Assembly: GCA_964187785.1 (NCBI GenBank)
Contig: OZ076409.1
Location: 90,708,001-90,772,000 of the forward strand
Length of the DNA: 64,000 nucleotides
DNA from: Amphiscolops sp. MND2022
Lineage: Eukaryota
Reading direction: 5' to 3'
In this document: in pieces, positions 1 through 14,127 of the stretch
Numbering within the stretch: the stretch's first letter is position 1
How the letters are laid out: every line of letters starts with the position of its first letter
Position numbers and translations under genes: made by a program
The notes under the pieces: generated by a model
Seen by the model: the letters and a program-made list of their open reading frames with translations, nothing else
Databases searched by the model: none
What the model was told of the DNA's origin: nothing

Positions 1-24
1 GAAACGTTCCTAATTCTTCCAACA

Positions 25-3000
25 ATGGGCACAATTTTAATTGGAATGTCATTCTTTGAAAAGTACTCAGTCAACTTAGACATAAAAAACCACCTTGTCC
101 ACTTCCCCAATCACATGATGTCCATGCAAGTTAGACAGCAAAAGAACAACAGATTCAAAACTGGTTTAATTGATTTGTGTTCCAGTACTAGAACAGTGAT
201 CCCTCCTCTCCATCAAGTGATGATACAGGTCCACAGTGACGCGGACATCTCACTTACAACTGGTACAGTTGAGGGCTCACCTGGATTCATGCGAAAGACG
301 TGGTTGCTTGTTTCCCCAGCTTTGGTTGACCTAGATGAGGGCAAGACGACAATCCAGGTCACCAACCCGAACAACCACACGTTCACACTTGATGCCAACA
401 CCACTCTGGCACACTTTCGCATACCGACACCACATCAGGCGGCCAACATCACGCCCATGCCAGTGGAACACTTGAACTTGATCACCAAGTACCCAGACGA
501 GGCGGAAGCAGTGATCAACCAATTGTTCGTGAACCCTGACATGAAGTCAACAAAGTGGTACCCAACCCCAGAGACGTGCAGTGACCCAGACAAACTCAAC
601 GCAATTGAACGACGAATCTACGATGAGATTCTGGCAATGCGAGAACTCGAGAAGCTTGTCCCGTCCCAATCCGATGAACAACGGATGAACTTCCTGAAGA
701 ACTTCACCTGGGACGACTCACTTCTTACTCCGTCTCAATGGTTACAGGTAGAGGAGTTGCTGGTAAAGTACAACTCCATTTTTGCTAGACATCGTTTTGA
801 TATTGGCATGAACACTGATTTTAAATTTAAGTTAACACCCCAACATGAAGAACCTGTTTATTCACAAAGTCTCCCTACTCCGACAAATTTGAAGGACGAT
901 TTGCTCGTGGAGTTAGCCTTAATGCAAGAGTACGGGATTATAACTACCTTGCCTCATAGCAAATACTCATCTCCGATATTTGCTCAACGTAAACCTAATG
1001 GTAAATTGAGGATTTTAGTTGACTTGAGAAGAATAAACCACTTGATCAAAAACGATTACGGTGAACACAACCATCCCGTAACCACAATTGCTGACGCTGC
1101 CCAACACATGGCCGGGAAAAAGTACTTCTGTAAACTTGATTGTTCCCAGGCCTACCATTGCATTCCAATGGCCGATGAGCAGTCTGTCCAACTGTTATCG
1201 TTTAATTTTGGTTCTAGAACTTTTGCCTTTTTACGTCTAGCACAGGGTCTTAATCGTTCTTTGTCAGCATTTACAAGTGTAGTCTGTGAGTATTTGGACC
1301 CCTTGGTCAAAGCGGACCGATGTGCTCAATATGTTTATGACATTGGAATTGCAGCACACACTCCTGAAGAACTGATTAATAACCTTGAACTTGTTTTTCA
1401 GCAGTTGAACAAAGCTGGTCTTAAACTTAGCATGAGTAAATGTGAATTTGGACAAAAGTAAATTGAGTACCTGGGCAAAACTATTTCTAGCACCGGTGTT
1501 GCTCCCATTGAAAAACGCGTAACAGACTACTTGACCAAGTTGAAACCCCCCAATTCAGTGAAAGCGTTGCAACGTTATCTTGATTTTGTAAACTTTTACA
1601 GGTCTTATATTCCCCGCCTAGCTGATAAAACTTGTTGTTTACAGGAATTGATCAAGAAGGACGTCCCTTTCAAGCTGAGCCAACAACATAAAGATGCTAT
1701 TTTTGAAATCAATGAAAGTTTGTTAAAAGCAACAAAAGTGTCTCTGAAATTGCCATTACCTGATAAACAATTGGTAATCATGTGTGACGCCAGCGAACAC
1801 GCTGCCGGCTATGTTTTGTTAATTGAGGATTATGCTGACCCGTCAGTCAAACAAACATACGCCCCCGTTGCATTTGGCTCTAAGAAATTTCAGGGCGGCC
1901 AGATGTCTCTAACAATGTATGCCAAAGAGTTTTTAGCTATGCACTTTGCCTTCGATGAATTTGGCCACATTTTGTGGGGTGCGAAAAAACCCATCATTGT
2001 TATGACTGACAATAAGGCCTTGACTAGATTTTTTCAGGCGAAGCATATCCCGCCTTCACTTTGGAATTTTTGCGATCAAAACCTTCAGTTCAATTTTTTA
2101 TTAGCACATATACCAGGAGTTGAAAATCCCGCAGCGGATTACTTATCTCGTCTTGGGATTAGACCTGAAGACCGTGTACATTTAAAATTGACTGATACTA
2201 TTCCAATTCACAGAATCGAGATCGACATCGCCTCCCGAACACCAAAACAGGAGGAAGACGAGCCTGATTACTTTCCCACGAGCGAACCACTCAGATGCAG
2301 GCGCCAGAAGGATGTCAAAGAGATGAACTTGGCACCTGGCACTGACGTGGCTCATGACGATGGGAAAGGGATGAAGTTCACCAACTGTGAGAGAACAGCG
2401 GCCTCAGATGACTTCGCGACTGACAACCATCTGACGTACCGCCTCACAGACGTGGACGAGCCGATTCAACTCTCGCAATTCATCCGTAAAGTATCATTAT
2501 CACACCCGGTAATGAGTCAGGTTAGCCCCGCTGAGGGGATCGATCTAATTCAGGTCCAGAAAACTAACTGGGTTATTCAAAAAATGATTAGATTTTTAGA
2601 AGGTACTGAAATTTTGCAACACCCAGTTAGTATGCAAGATCAGTTTTTTCAAAAGTTGCACAAAAATCGAAAACGCCTACAAGTTGTAAACGGTGTCTTG
2701 TGCAGACAGTTTTTTGATCACACGGGACTGGAGTCTCACAAGCAGTTAGTTGTTCCTGAAGACTGTATTTTGAAAATAATTAGGACTCTACATAACAGCC
2801 CGTTACAAGGACACCCTGGTTTAAAGAAAATGTTGTACGAACTTCGTAAAAGATATTGCTCTCCTAACTTAGCCTGTAAAGTTCAAAAAGTCCTTGACGG
2901 ATGTGAAAACTGCATGAAATCTAAAAGTGTAAAAGAAACGCAACTACGTCCACCGTTACAAAAAATCTACGACCCGTGTGACGGACCAGAAGACCTTTTG

Positions 3001-4392
3001 GAAATAGACATCGTTGGTCCACTCCCGGCGTCGAACGGTTTTACACACATTCGGACGGCTGTTGACGTTTTTTCAAGCTACCTGTTCGCCGTTCCGCTGA
3101 AGAGACCTGATACACATTCCGTAGTCAGAGGATTACTGTCGATCTTCACGAAACACGCGTATGTGCCCAAGCACATCCTGACGGACAAGGGCACGGCGTT
3201 TACGGCTGAACTTCTGTCTGAAATCGCGAAAGCGGCTGATATTCACATCTCCCATGCCACGATAAAGCACGCACAGACAATAGGCATGGTGGAGAGAACG
3301 CACGCGAAACTGAAAAAGATCCTTAAAATTAGTGTAAACGCAGACAGACCACAATGGGACCGCTATGTCGACATAGCAAACATGGCCCATAACACAACGT
3401 ATCATGATTCACTGAAATGTTCACCAACTGAAATTTTCCACGGCAGAACACCATACAACCCACTAGATCTGCAATTCCGAAACGCAAACAAGCCGGCTGA
3501 AACAAAGTGCAAGGACGTGAACGAAATTCTAGACAAAATGAACTTCATCTTCAGAGACAATCTAGATAACATCATTTCCGCCTATCACAAGTACAAAATG
3601 TACTATGAAAGAAAAGCACGAGCACAGCCACTGAAGGTGAATGAATTTGTGTTCCTACTAGATCCTAAGTACGACTCTCAGAGAAGCAAAGAAGAGTTTA
3701 AAACTTTCCATTGGAAAGGACCGTACAAGGTGATGAAAGTGCTATCCGATAGCAACTACATCATCCGCAAAGTAGGCACACACCAAACTCAGTGCGTACA
3801 TCGCATGCGACTGAGATTGTTTAAACCGGAATTTCCGATTGATGACATCAACGTGTCTAAGCATCTTTACCCAGACACTGAAAGGGTTGAAGATACGGAC
3901 ATATTCGATTCGAATATTCCAACAACCGACGACGCTGATCAGAATGAGAACGAACACCTAGATCAAGACTTAGTCGAAGATGAGCCTTCAGACGAAATAG
4001 TTCCACCAGGACAAGAGCGAAACCATCCACCAGAAATTTCACCAGAAATAACCACTAGAATCGACAATCAGCAAGTAGAAACTGACCACAATGACTTTAG
4101 ACCACCTACAGTTAGATTTGGAACACAAGAGGAAATTATTCTACCGCCCCCCCGCGATGAAAGTAGAATAAGATTACCTCTGAGAGACGAACAACACGAA
4201 AATCAGCCTCAACAGACAAACACACAAACTGAGGATGAGGAAAGGATGAGTTCTAGACCTTCTAGAAACAATCAAAGTAGGTACAGGTTACGCGAAAACC
4301 CTACACCGAAAACATATCCTGACTTCCTTATTCATGAGATTACATCAGCCAGAAACTCTGAGAAATCCAACAAAGTAGACGTAACGATTTAG
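25..4392 (+). pseudogene. pol: Gypsy pol (end of protease, dUTPase-like spacer, RT, RNase H, integrase), disrupted
   Basis: ORFs 25-1461 and 1531-4392 are in one frame, split by TAA at 1459-1461; RT motifs LDCSQAY and YVYD (YVDD in D); RNase H CDAS/EFLA/TDN/ADYLSR; integrase H-HPG-CENC, DIVG, TDKG, VER. Confidence 0.93.
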
Positions 4393-6315
4393 CCACGAAA
4401 AACCACATTTCTAAACACACGATGTGTTACGGATGAAAATTCACAAAAACGAATCAATTACATGCAATTTCAACTTAAAACGAACATGAAGATGTAAAAT
4501 AGATGAACAATCACTTAAAATTACATGAAATACGCAAAAAAAAAACGAAACACGATGTAAAACGGATGAAAAACGACCAAAAACCCAGAAAAAAACAACA
4601 TATAAAAATTTTGAGATGAAAAAAGGATGAAATCACATGAAAATTTATCTCAGACACACGAGAGATGAAAAAGTGATGAACTTAGTCAAAAATTCGACCA
4701 ATCAACATGCAATATTTACTAGCGATGCATTTGAGATGGAAAATGCCATCAGAATGCGAACGCACTCACGTTCATGCTATCATATTACTCTAGCTCTGCT
4801 AGAGGATGAAATAGCGATGAACTCGATTCAATTATTCAGAACTTACATGAAAACAATTAATGAGATGAATTTGTGATGGAAACTACCATCAAATCGTGAC
4901 CGAATTTATCGTTAGCCTGACACGATACTCTAGCTTCGCTGGAGGATGCCAAAACGATGAATTTAGTCTAAATGGAAATTCGAAAATATTAAATGACTTA
5001 CGAAAACCTCCTTGTGATGGGAAACACCATCCACATAACATCACAATAAATTAGCTAATTCTCAAACAACATGTAACTCCACGAAATGATAAAAAACCGC
5101 CGACTTTATTTCGAATCACGCAAATAGAATTATGCCACACAAAAATGAAATGATCAATACATGTAAGGTTCAAAGACCTGCCAAATCAATGACGTCACGA
5201 AAGAAATTGACAACTCCAAACTACATGCAATACAAATGAGCAACACACGGAAATATACATATACCTTCCAAAAATGAACGAGATAATATATGCAATTCAC
5301 ACCAAAGCCATACAAACCTAGACGAATAAAAATGAAACAAACAATCGAAAATACATGAAGCCTACTAATTTACATGCAAAATATAAGAATTGACGAAACA
5401 ACCACAAAACAAATAAAGGAGTGAGCCCCCCGGTAAACATCAGTTCATAACAAGTAAAATACCCCTATCGAAAAGCCAAAAACATTCCTTCGTGCTGGCT
5501 GGCATTTCTCTGAAAAGTGTGCTGGTTAGTTGAGGCGGGGAGCTCACAACCATATTCGGATGAAGCTTGCTGCGTTGGTTATCCAGCGGCTAGTGGATTC
5601 TCAGTTAGTTTTGTAGGGGCTTTGTGACGACAAAGCCCTGTCCAAATCAATGAACAAAAAATTCTAATAGAACATGAAAATAATGGGGCAACCCATTAAC
5701 AGATTACGACAAATAGACACGAAACGGGACCAATCATTCAAACTCGTGATGAAAAAACGATGAACTTTGCAGAAAAACACATGAAACAACATGCAATGAT
5801 TTCCACACAACGAAAGATGTAAAAAAGATGAGAAAACAGTTTTCGCGACGTCGCTTGGTCGACTGAGGAAAACACGATGAAAATGAGATGAGACATCAAA
5901 ATGAAACGCTGATGAATTAGCCACACCTACACGAGATGTAATAACGATGAACACCGTAATAAAAGTTATCTAAAACGCGCGAAAATGAAAAGCGATGTGA
6001 AAGCGATGAAAACTATCCGCAAATCTAACCTATCCCTATCCTCACCTAAAAATGTCTCAAGAGAAAAACAAATTTCGGGTGCCAAATACTAAATATGTAT
6101 ATATCTACGCTACCGAACTTTCCGACGTAGCATCTGTTGTTCTCCCCCCTCCCTGTAAATTCGTTCAATTGGTCACCCACTACATACTACAACGATAACA
6201 CAAAATAATATAAAATAGCATACAAAATCATAACAAATACAATGCACAATCAGTTCGAATAGATTCCCGCAATACTGCGTCACGCACACAGTGTACATGA
6301 CACCAAGCTTCATTC

Positions 6316-9300
6316 TCAGACTTCCAGACTAGGCGCCCGTTCTCCTCCAACTGTAAAGCCCATGAGATCGTATAGGGACTGACGATACTCCTCATCGGCG
6401 ACCACTCCCACGTCTTCTGTAAGTTCCGATAACGCTGTCAACCGACCAGTCGAGTCCATCACATCTTCCACGAGAGGTCCACTCACACTATCAAGATGAC
6501 GCACACGACGAGCTTCTAGATAACTTAAAATACTTGAACAAACGCTCGTGGTTACATCACCGCTCAACTCGCCCACACCAACACAGCTCACATTCGCCGG
6601 GAATAAAGGACTTTCTCCCAAGCACATCAGAAAGCGCATCAATCGTTGAGACACAACATTATCACACGCACGGATAATGCCCACAGGCGAACTAGCACTT
6701 TCCACAGACACATCCACTGCCAATCGACGGAAAGTAGTCAAAAATGTGGCAAAGCTTCGATCCAGTCGCCTCTTTTCAGCAAGTCCAATTCTGTTCAAAT
6801 CCATCAACAATCCAGTAAAAAGTTCGATTTCATTAGATAACAGAGCCGGATCTCCATAAAACAGAATTGCTGGGCAACACACACTCAGATAATAGGTCAC
6901 CTCCTCTTTCATTCCATTTAAAGATAGAATCTCCTCCACAACCACAAGCATAAACTGCTTTACCATCGACAGCTGTTCTTCAAACTCTGCAAGCTCCTCG
7001 AAGTCATCTAAGTGACAACTAAATTCGTCTCGTAAAGCTTGCATTTTTACTTCGGGCACAATCAGACTCCCCACATCCACTTCCAGACTAGCACGCACGT
7101 CAAACACACAAGGCAAGTTATTTCATCGACGAGTCTGCACAAGATTCGCTGGACAAAACAAGCACTTTCGTACGCCCAGTGACTACTACGTAAACTGCAA
7201 CTGCTAAAACTCCAGCGGTAGGAAGTGACAACTAAAACAACACAGTTTCCAAAAGCCAGCATAAAAACTAGTCACCAAACCCCACCGCCAGATTACACAC
7301 TAGAGAACAGTCCATTTCCCACCATTCACACAACCCCACAACCAAGTAAGTTTTACTAACGAGCGCGGAAGATGACAGACAAAACATGTAAGCGGAGAGG
7401 TACACTGGAATCTCCACACAAGACAAAGTCCAGAGAGTCCACCATACCAGAACTGCTTGGTAATCTCAACAAGCGGGAAATCCCTCCCCAATTGACGTAC
7501 AATTCTTCTAGGACTTCAGGAACATCCCACAGCGTCACTTCTCCCTCCAGCACTGACTAGAACGCAACATTAGACTCTAGATCAAATATTCCCACCCAAT
7601 TCTTCACACACCCACAACTGCGATCATTCACAATCCGATTAATTAAACCTACCTGAAAACAAAATAGATATAAAGTATAGTTACTTGCAAAAGCTTAGGA
7701 CACGCTAGCAGAACGGCATCTCTGACAAACTCCTTCATTCGCGTTTGCAGATGGTTCAGAAGACTGTTTACGTCGGTCCCTCCCATCACTCGCACGCTTA
7801 CGTCGACGAGACAGCGATTTAGGTCGATCAGTCGCAATGGCACAAGCGAGACTGCTCGAGGTCCAGACTGACTGGTCAACACTCTCTCTACTCCGGGTAA
7901 CAAGTTACAATTGATTCCCACGGGCATGACCTCACCCACAACGCAGCACAAAAAGTTAATTAACCAGGACACAACACGAGGCTCCCACTCTTGACCGTAA
8001 CTGAAGGAGAAAATCACGTAACTCGACAATGCATCCACTGTACAGATGTTCAACCGGCCCACTACACGTTCCGCCACAATTGCAATCCCGAAGCTGCTGT
8101 AATCTGTCTCGCACCACATTCCGATGACCCGTCGCATAACGAAGGGCCACAATCCGAGCAGTACCACACTCTAAAATAACGATGCAAACTCATTATACAA
8201 ACATTGTTTCCAAAACACCCATATTCGCTATACACTCAAAAATCGCTTCATACACTGACAACTCGCACCGTTACTACCAAAACAAAATCAATGCACACAA
8301 TACTAATAAACACAAAAACATGTAACATGAATTCACATGCAACGCGCGCATAACACATAAGCCTAAGCACAAGAGTCATACTAACCAAAGCGTCGGACTC
8401 TCGACAAGTCGCTCCGAATAACACCGAATGTTGACCGTTAGACGCAACCAGCAAGTCCCACAGGTGCTGCACACTAGCGAAATCACAATCACGATAGATT
8501 GCGTCTATCACCAGACAAACGAAGAGTCGCACACTCTCAGTTTGGTCGACGTCATCTGATCCTTGCCCCACACTGAACCACCGGCTGCCTCGGTCTGCAG
8601 AGCCTCATAGATGGAGACACTCGGACACTTCTCAACAACTGGCTCTGATTCGCCCGATAACATTCCTGCACACGCGTCTGCCTCGGCTTCGGACATCAGT
8701 GTCCCATCTCGCTTCCGCAAGGCCAGGCCGCGTCGCAACCGCACAAGACAGTCCAGTTTGTGATGCCTCATTCCTCGGCAGTGCTCGAAGAACGTTGTAA
8801 TTCCACGGCTCGCTACCTTCACATCCTGCTTACAAAACAGACACCTCACGTACGAGTCGCGCGTCAGATGGTCTTTTGCAAATCCGAGCGCCAATCCACA
8901 ATAGGCGTGGTTAAACCACGTTGCCTTTAGAATCTTCCTCCCTGAAATCACAAGTGAAACGAAATTGTAAAACTCATCTTCTACACATCCTCAGAAGACG
9001 AAAACTCGATAATCCAATGAAAACTTCTAAAAGCTCCCCCGGAGTGATGAAAAAATGATGTAAAATAATATTTTCATCGGGAAATACAAGCGAAAAACGA
9101 AGAAAAAACGATAGGATGGAAAAAAGATGTGGTTACAGACGACTAGAATGAAAAAACTGAAACTTTTAGAGACAAAAATCCAAAGGATGAAAAAGAGATG
9201 TATAGAACGACTTTGAACCAAAATTGAGATATTTTAGAGCGAAAATAACTTAACGATGAAAAAGAGAGGTAAACTGAAAAGAAAACGACGAAAATAGCTA

Positions 9301-11030
9301 AAAGCCGAACGAGAAAATTTAAGGATGTAAAAGAGATGGAAAAGTTCTAAAAAATGACCAGAAAAGAAAAACGCTATATTCAAGACTTTTGACGATGAGA
9401 AAGTGATGGAAAATGAAAACTGCAGAAAACCATATAGTGAAAACAGAAAAACGATGGAAAATAGATGGAAAAGAAGAAGAACGTGAAAAACGCTAGTGAA
9501 AGTGAAAACGAAAAGAGAAATGAATAAAAGTTACCGATCAGATACTTCACAGGGTTAAAGCTGTTTAGGTAACCTGGTAAACGAGACGCAATGGGCTCGT
9601 CGTTAGAGTCCACCAGACTGGGTCCCATTGGAGACGTCTCAGCAGGCGCAGGAACCAGACCGGGAACAGCACCCTCCAGAGCAGGCTCAACGGCCAGAGG
9701 ATCACCAGCAGGGACATCCTCGACTGCCTCAAGAAGGATCTCAGTGCTGTCAGTTGATGGCACGTCAGACTGCTCAACGTCAGCCTCCACAACTTCAGGG
9801 ACGCTAGCAGCTGGCGAAGAGGGAGCAGACGAAAGAGTTTCCACAGGAGGATCGTAATCCGTGGAAGTCTCGCCAGTTTCCACAACGGCCTGAATGGACT
9901 GGTCAACAACAGCCACGCAGACATTGACTGCCACATCCACAGGAGTGACGACGGCACTGACTCCTGCGTTTACAGTGACGCGAGGAGGAGGAGGAGGACT
10001 TTGAATTGCTGACTCGCGGTCCAGGAACCGCTGGAAGTTCGGCGAAAGCACCGACACTGTGGCACGTGCCACTGGAGAGCTAACCGCGCCCAGGGACAAG
10101 TCCTGGAGGAACGAGGACATCTCCAGTGGAGGAGGCCCTCCTTGAGTGACAGCGTCAGCCTGCGGCGCACCAAAGTCACTCGTCCCTATACCCACGGAGT
10201 AAGTGATAGGGAGAGGCCTTGGGGCGTGGATGGGAGTCGGGCCTGAAAGAAGAAAACAGAAATCAGACGACGACGAATGATGAAGAAAGTGCGCGTACAC
10301 CGCGCGAAGAAAGAAAACAAGAAAAGAAGTCATCAAAAATTCATCCTCAAAAAAGGAATTCGCAGCGGATCAGCCACGAAGGACTGTGAATGTCCATGAC
10401 ACATCTCAAATTCATCTTAAAAAATGAATTTTATAGGTAATCGACCGCGAAGGGCACTACATGCAGATGAGATGTTTACATCGGAATTACATCGGAGTGT
10501 CCGGACGATGCTTTAGTACAGACGGAAAGTGAAAAGGAGTCAACTCACTATACTGCTGGATGCTATCTCGTAACATGTCCCGCATGTGGCGATCATACCA
10601 CCCGAAGGTGATGCTACCGAGGGAGGCATACCAAGGATAGTGATCTAAACATCAAACGGAAAGAGTCAACATCTGAAGGGACCAAAGATGAGAAATGAAG
10701 AGATTGTAGACTGAATTGAAGATCTGGAAGGACAGAACTTACACTGCGGAAGGTACGGGACGTTGGGAGCCTGACCAAGCGGTTGGGCAGGTTGAAACTG
10801 AGGTACGGGAGCTGATGCTTGAACTTCAGGAGCCTCTTGAGGCGGCACGGTCTGCAAGGTAGTCAGCTCAGAAATGACGCCGACAGAGTGAACTGAGTTC
10901 GCTAAAACCAAGACGCGCCTTCAGTACCTAATTGTTCCCTAACCCGTTTGTGAAAGAAAAGAAAAATAGTGCACTTACTTTCTGTAGCTTCAGTCTCTGG
11001 AAGAGAATAAACAGAGTGTATGTCGGACAT
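6316..11030 (-). pseudogene. Antisense spliced gene of element A: zinc-finger, hAT-transposase-like protein (~1040 aa), two frameshifts
   Basis: GT-AG exons 11030-10979, 10901-10743, 10644-10549, 10242-9574, 8941-8386, 8170-7685, 7556-7361, 7231-6316 join with compatible phases except single-base shifts near 8570 and 7117; CLFC-x16-H-x5-H finger; collinear similarity to the D gene (DF...HLW, CPAILFYGD vs CPEILFEGD). Confidence 0.8.
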
Positions 11031-12581
11031 CGCTGTAGGTTTGCAAAACAATCTGAAAAAGAGCGGAAGAGAGTGAAGAAAGGAACGAAATCGAAGAATC
11101 TGAGGACAAGAATTTGATCAGTAATTAAATGGCCTGATCACCCATGATTGCGAGATACAAATTCACGGAAAATTTCAAAGAGCGCGAATGCAGCTTGAGT
11201 GCCAGGACAAACCAAATACTTGAAAGTCAGAAGATGAAAAATCGATGAAAACTCTCCGATTTCAATGACTGCCCACACTTTTCTTCCCAGTTCAACCAAC
11301 TTGACAATTTTCTCTGAAAATGAATCGCCCCCCAGAATTTGACTACAAAAGCTTCAAGTATTTGATTTTGATGACAGCTGCCAGTCTCAGATCAATACCG
11401 ACGAAGTTGAGCGCAAAGGAAATCGTGGCGATTTTCAAACCGACTTGACGGAAGATGATTCAAGGATGAGAATGTTTGTTGACAACCGGTTGGATTTCCT
11501 TCAGTTCAGAAAATTCAGTTTCAGCCAATCAGAATAAAGCAAGTGGTTGCTATGGCGACGATTTCATCTCGTTCTCATCGCCGAGAAATTCAGACAGCGG
11601 AAGCGACAGCTACGGTTGCTATGACGACAATTCATCTCTTTCCTATCGCGGAAATTGACAGAGCGGCGGCGCCAGCCGTCTGTTAAGTCAACATCGATGT
11701 CTCGCTGGGTAAACAATTCATCGTTCATTCATCTCAAGAAAACTTCGGCAGACAAGAAATGGCGCCGATTCATCGCCAAATTGTCAATGAAGCTAGCAGA
11801 ATGTTTACTTAGCGTAGGCGGCCTGGGGAAATCTTTTCATCAGGAAATCGAGATTTTCACCGAAACAATCGACAGACCGAGCTCCCACCAAAAGCATGAC
11901 AACCAATAAAATGCAGATCAGCGGACATTCGATGGACCAAGAATAAGAGTTGCCGCGTCGAAATTCTTTAACCGAAATCACCCAGAATGAAGCCAGACAT
12001 GACGATTGCCGAAAGTCCTCTTCTCAGAGAAGGTTTACACAGGACAGAACAAACGAAGGAAATGCCAATTCAGAACAAACGAAGGATCAATTTTCTCCCT
12101 AACCAAACGAAGGAAACAGTCGAAGCCAACGCCGAGACAACCATCCTCTGCACACTTGGCCCCTGCACTCTCAGTCCAAATCCCGCCCCGGGGAGTGTCA
12201 TGCCAGCATGATGGAAATATAATCTACTAAATACCTGTAATGTAAATATTATGTCTTATGTACTTAGATATGGGCAATATGGAGTCATATAATAAGAGCC
12301 ATGGTTGTGAGCAACCCTACGTTACTTGTACCTTAATCCCTTCCCCCCTGAGTGTGAGTTATATATATTTACTTAATATAGAGCGCTGTAGTTCCGGTGT
12401 CCGCATAACTGATTTTGCCAATGGCCTTAAATGTGCTACATTTCATAAATATTGGTTTGTCACGACAAGGGAGAGAAGTGTTCCGGTCAAACTGGACCGA
12501 GAGATGTAGAAACGATGAAAGCTGTAACTTCTACTAGCTCCCCGCCTCAGAGTTTGTAGTTGTGACAAATTCCACTAACTT

Positions 12582-13466
12582 CATCACAAATTCATCGTCG
12601 AATTTGGTGACGATGCTGACCTGATTTGAAATTTCACTTGGATCCATCAGCGGATTCAACGGTGCTTTTAACCAAAGTTCATCGCAATCCCATCCTCAAA
12701 AATTGCGAGTGAACAAAGCATGGGACTGTATACTCAGATTTCATCAAAAATCCATCAGCGGATTTTATGGGATTTATTTTAGTAAAACTCATCTTTAATT
12801 CATCGCGATATCTCATTTAGAAACTCCTGAATGTGCTTCTCATTTCTAAAGAACAGTAACTCACCCTTTATTCATCGTATTCACTAGCATAGAAGGGAAA
12901 TGAGAAAGTACATCCTTAATCCATCCTAAAAAAGAGTGAAAGTGCTGGTTATCTGATTTGCTTAGTAAACCCATCCTTAATTCATCTTGATTTCGTTCGT
13001 GCTGAAAATTAACCATTTTAGTGGGTGAGTTCATCCTAAACTCATCGCTAAATTGAATTGCCTTAGTATTTGGTGTTTTAACTGGTGAGTTCATCCTAAA
13101 CTCATCGCCAATTTGTATTGCTTTGGTATTTGCTGTTTTAACTGACAAGTTCATCTTAAACCCATCGCCAAAAATTCACTTGTGCTAGAATTAGCGTTTA
13201 TCGACTGAATTCATCCCGAATTCATCGTCATTTTAATCTGTGCTGGAAATTGGCAAATTATACGTGGAGTTCATCCTTTTATCATCGTCATTTTAAATTG
13301 TGTTGATTTTCGAGCGAGAAAGACCACCATTCATCGCATTTTCATCCAGAGCTAAACTAGACTTGAAAATCAGCAAATATTCTTACAAGTTCATCGCATT
13401 TCCATCTTCAATTTTTAAATCATTGGTTTTGGCGCTAGAATCAGCGGAAAACATCGTTTTCCCATC
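12582..13466 (+). repeat. Degenerate ~60-bp periodic array of CATC-N7-CATC motifs in LTR A
   Basis: Motif pairs start at 12972, 13032, 13092, 13152, 13212, 13272, 13332, 13392, 13452 (exact 60-bp period), with further copies at 12582, 12680, 12742, 12790, 12911. Confidence 0.9.
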
Positions 13467-14127
13467 CCGAATTGTGCTTTACCTTAAATTGACTTGAAAT
13501 TAGTGCGTTATTGAATGATTCGAGCTCATTTTAGTTGCTATAGAAACCATGATGCTACGTGCAGGCAATTGCGACATTGTAAATTGATGACTAAACACCA
13601 TTAACATATGTAGATGTACCATGATGCGTGGCCACTTTGCGGCAGTTCACAACACCGGTCACGTGACTTACCATTTTAACACCAGCTGGTAACAGCCAAT
13701 GAGAGAAGGTTGGTAAGAGATTTAGCGTCTTACCAACCAAAAAGACACGTGAACTGCTGTAATTTGGACCGCCATTAGCGATTACTCAGACCGAATTGCG
13801 ACAAGCTACCATCCAGTTGGATATTTCACGCCAAAATTTACTTGAAAACATATCTCTATCTCATCTTCAGAAACTATAAAGCTGAAACTGAGTAATTTCC
13901 TTGGTGCATCTACGACTGCGATGAAAATTGGATGAATTTTCCTAACTACCTTACTAATTTCCTTCTTCTCACCTAACGACTTACTTGTTTGTACGACTTC
14001 ATCTCTAAAACATCTCAGTTCAGATTAGTGAATTTGAGATCGAATAGCCATTTTATATCAGTAAAATACATCGAAACAGCATCTCAGATAATCCAGTGTT
14101 CACTCATAATTCTTTCCTCTCGGCTAC

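Noticed and set aside
1330..1341. Novel RT catalytic motif YVYD
   Set aside because: Single-base change from YVDD in a copy that also has a nonsense mutation.
12911..13466. CRISPR-like repeat/spacer array
   Set aside because: Only two 4-bp words are constant per unit, neighbouring units are partly homologous, no cas genes, eukaryotic LTR context.
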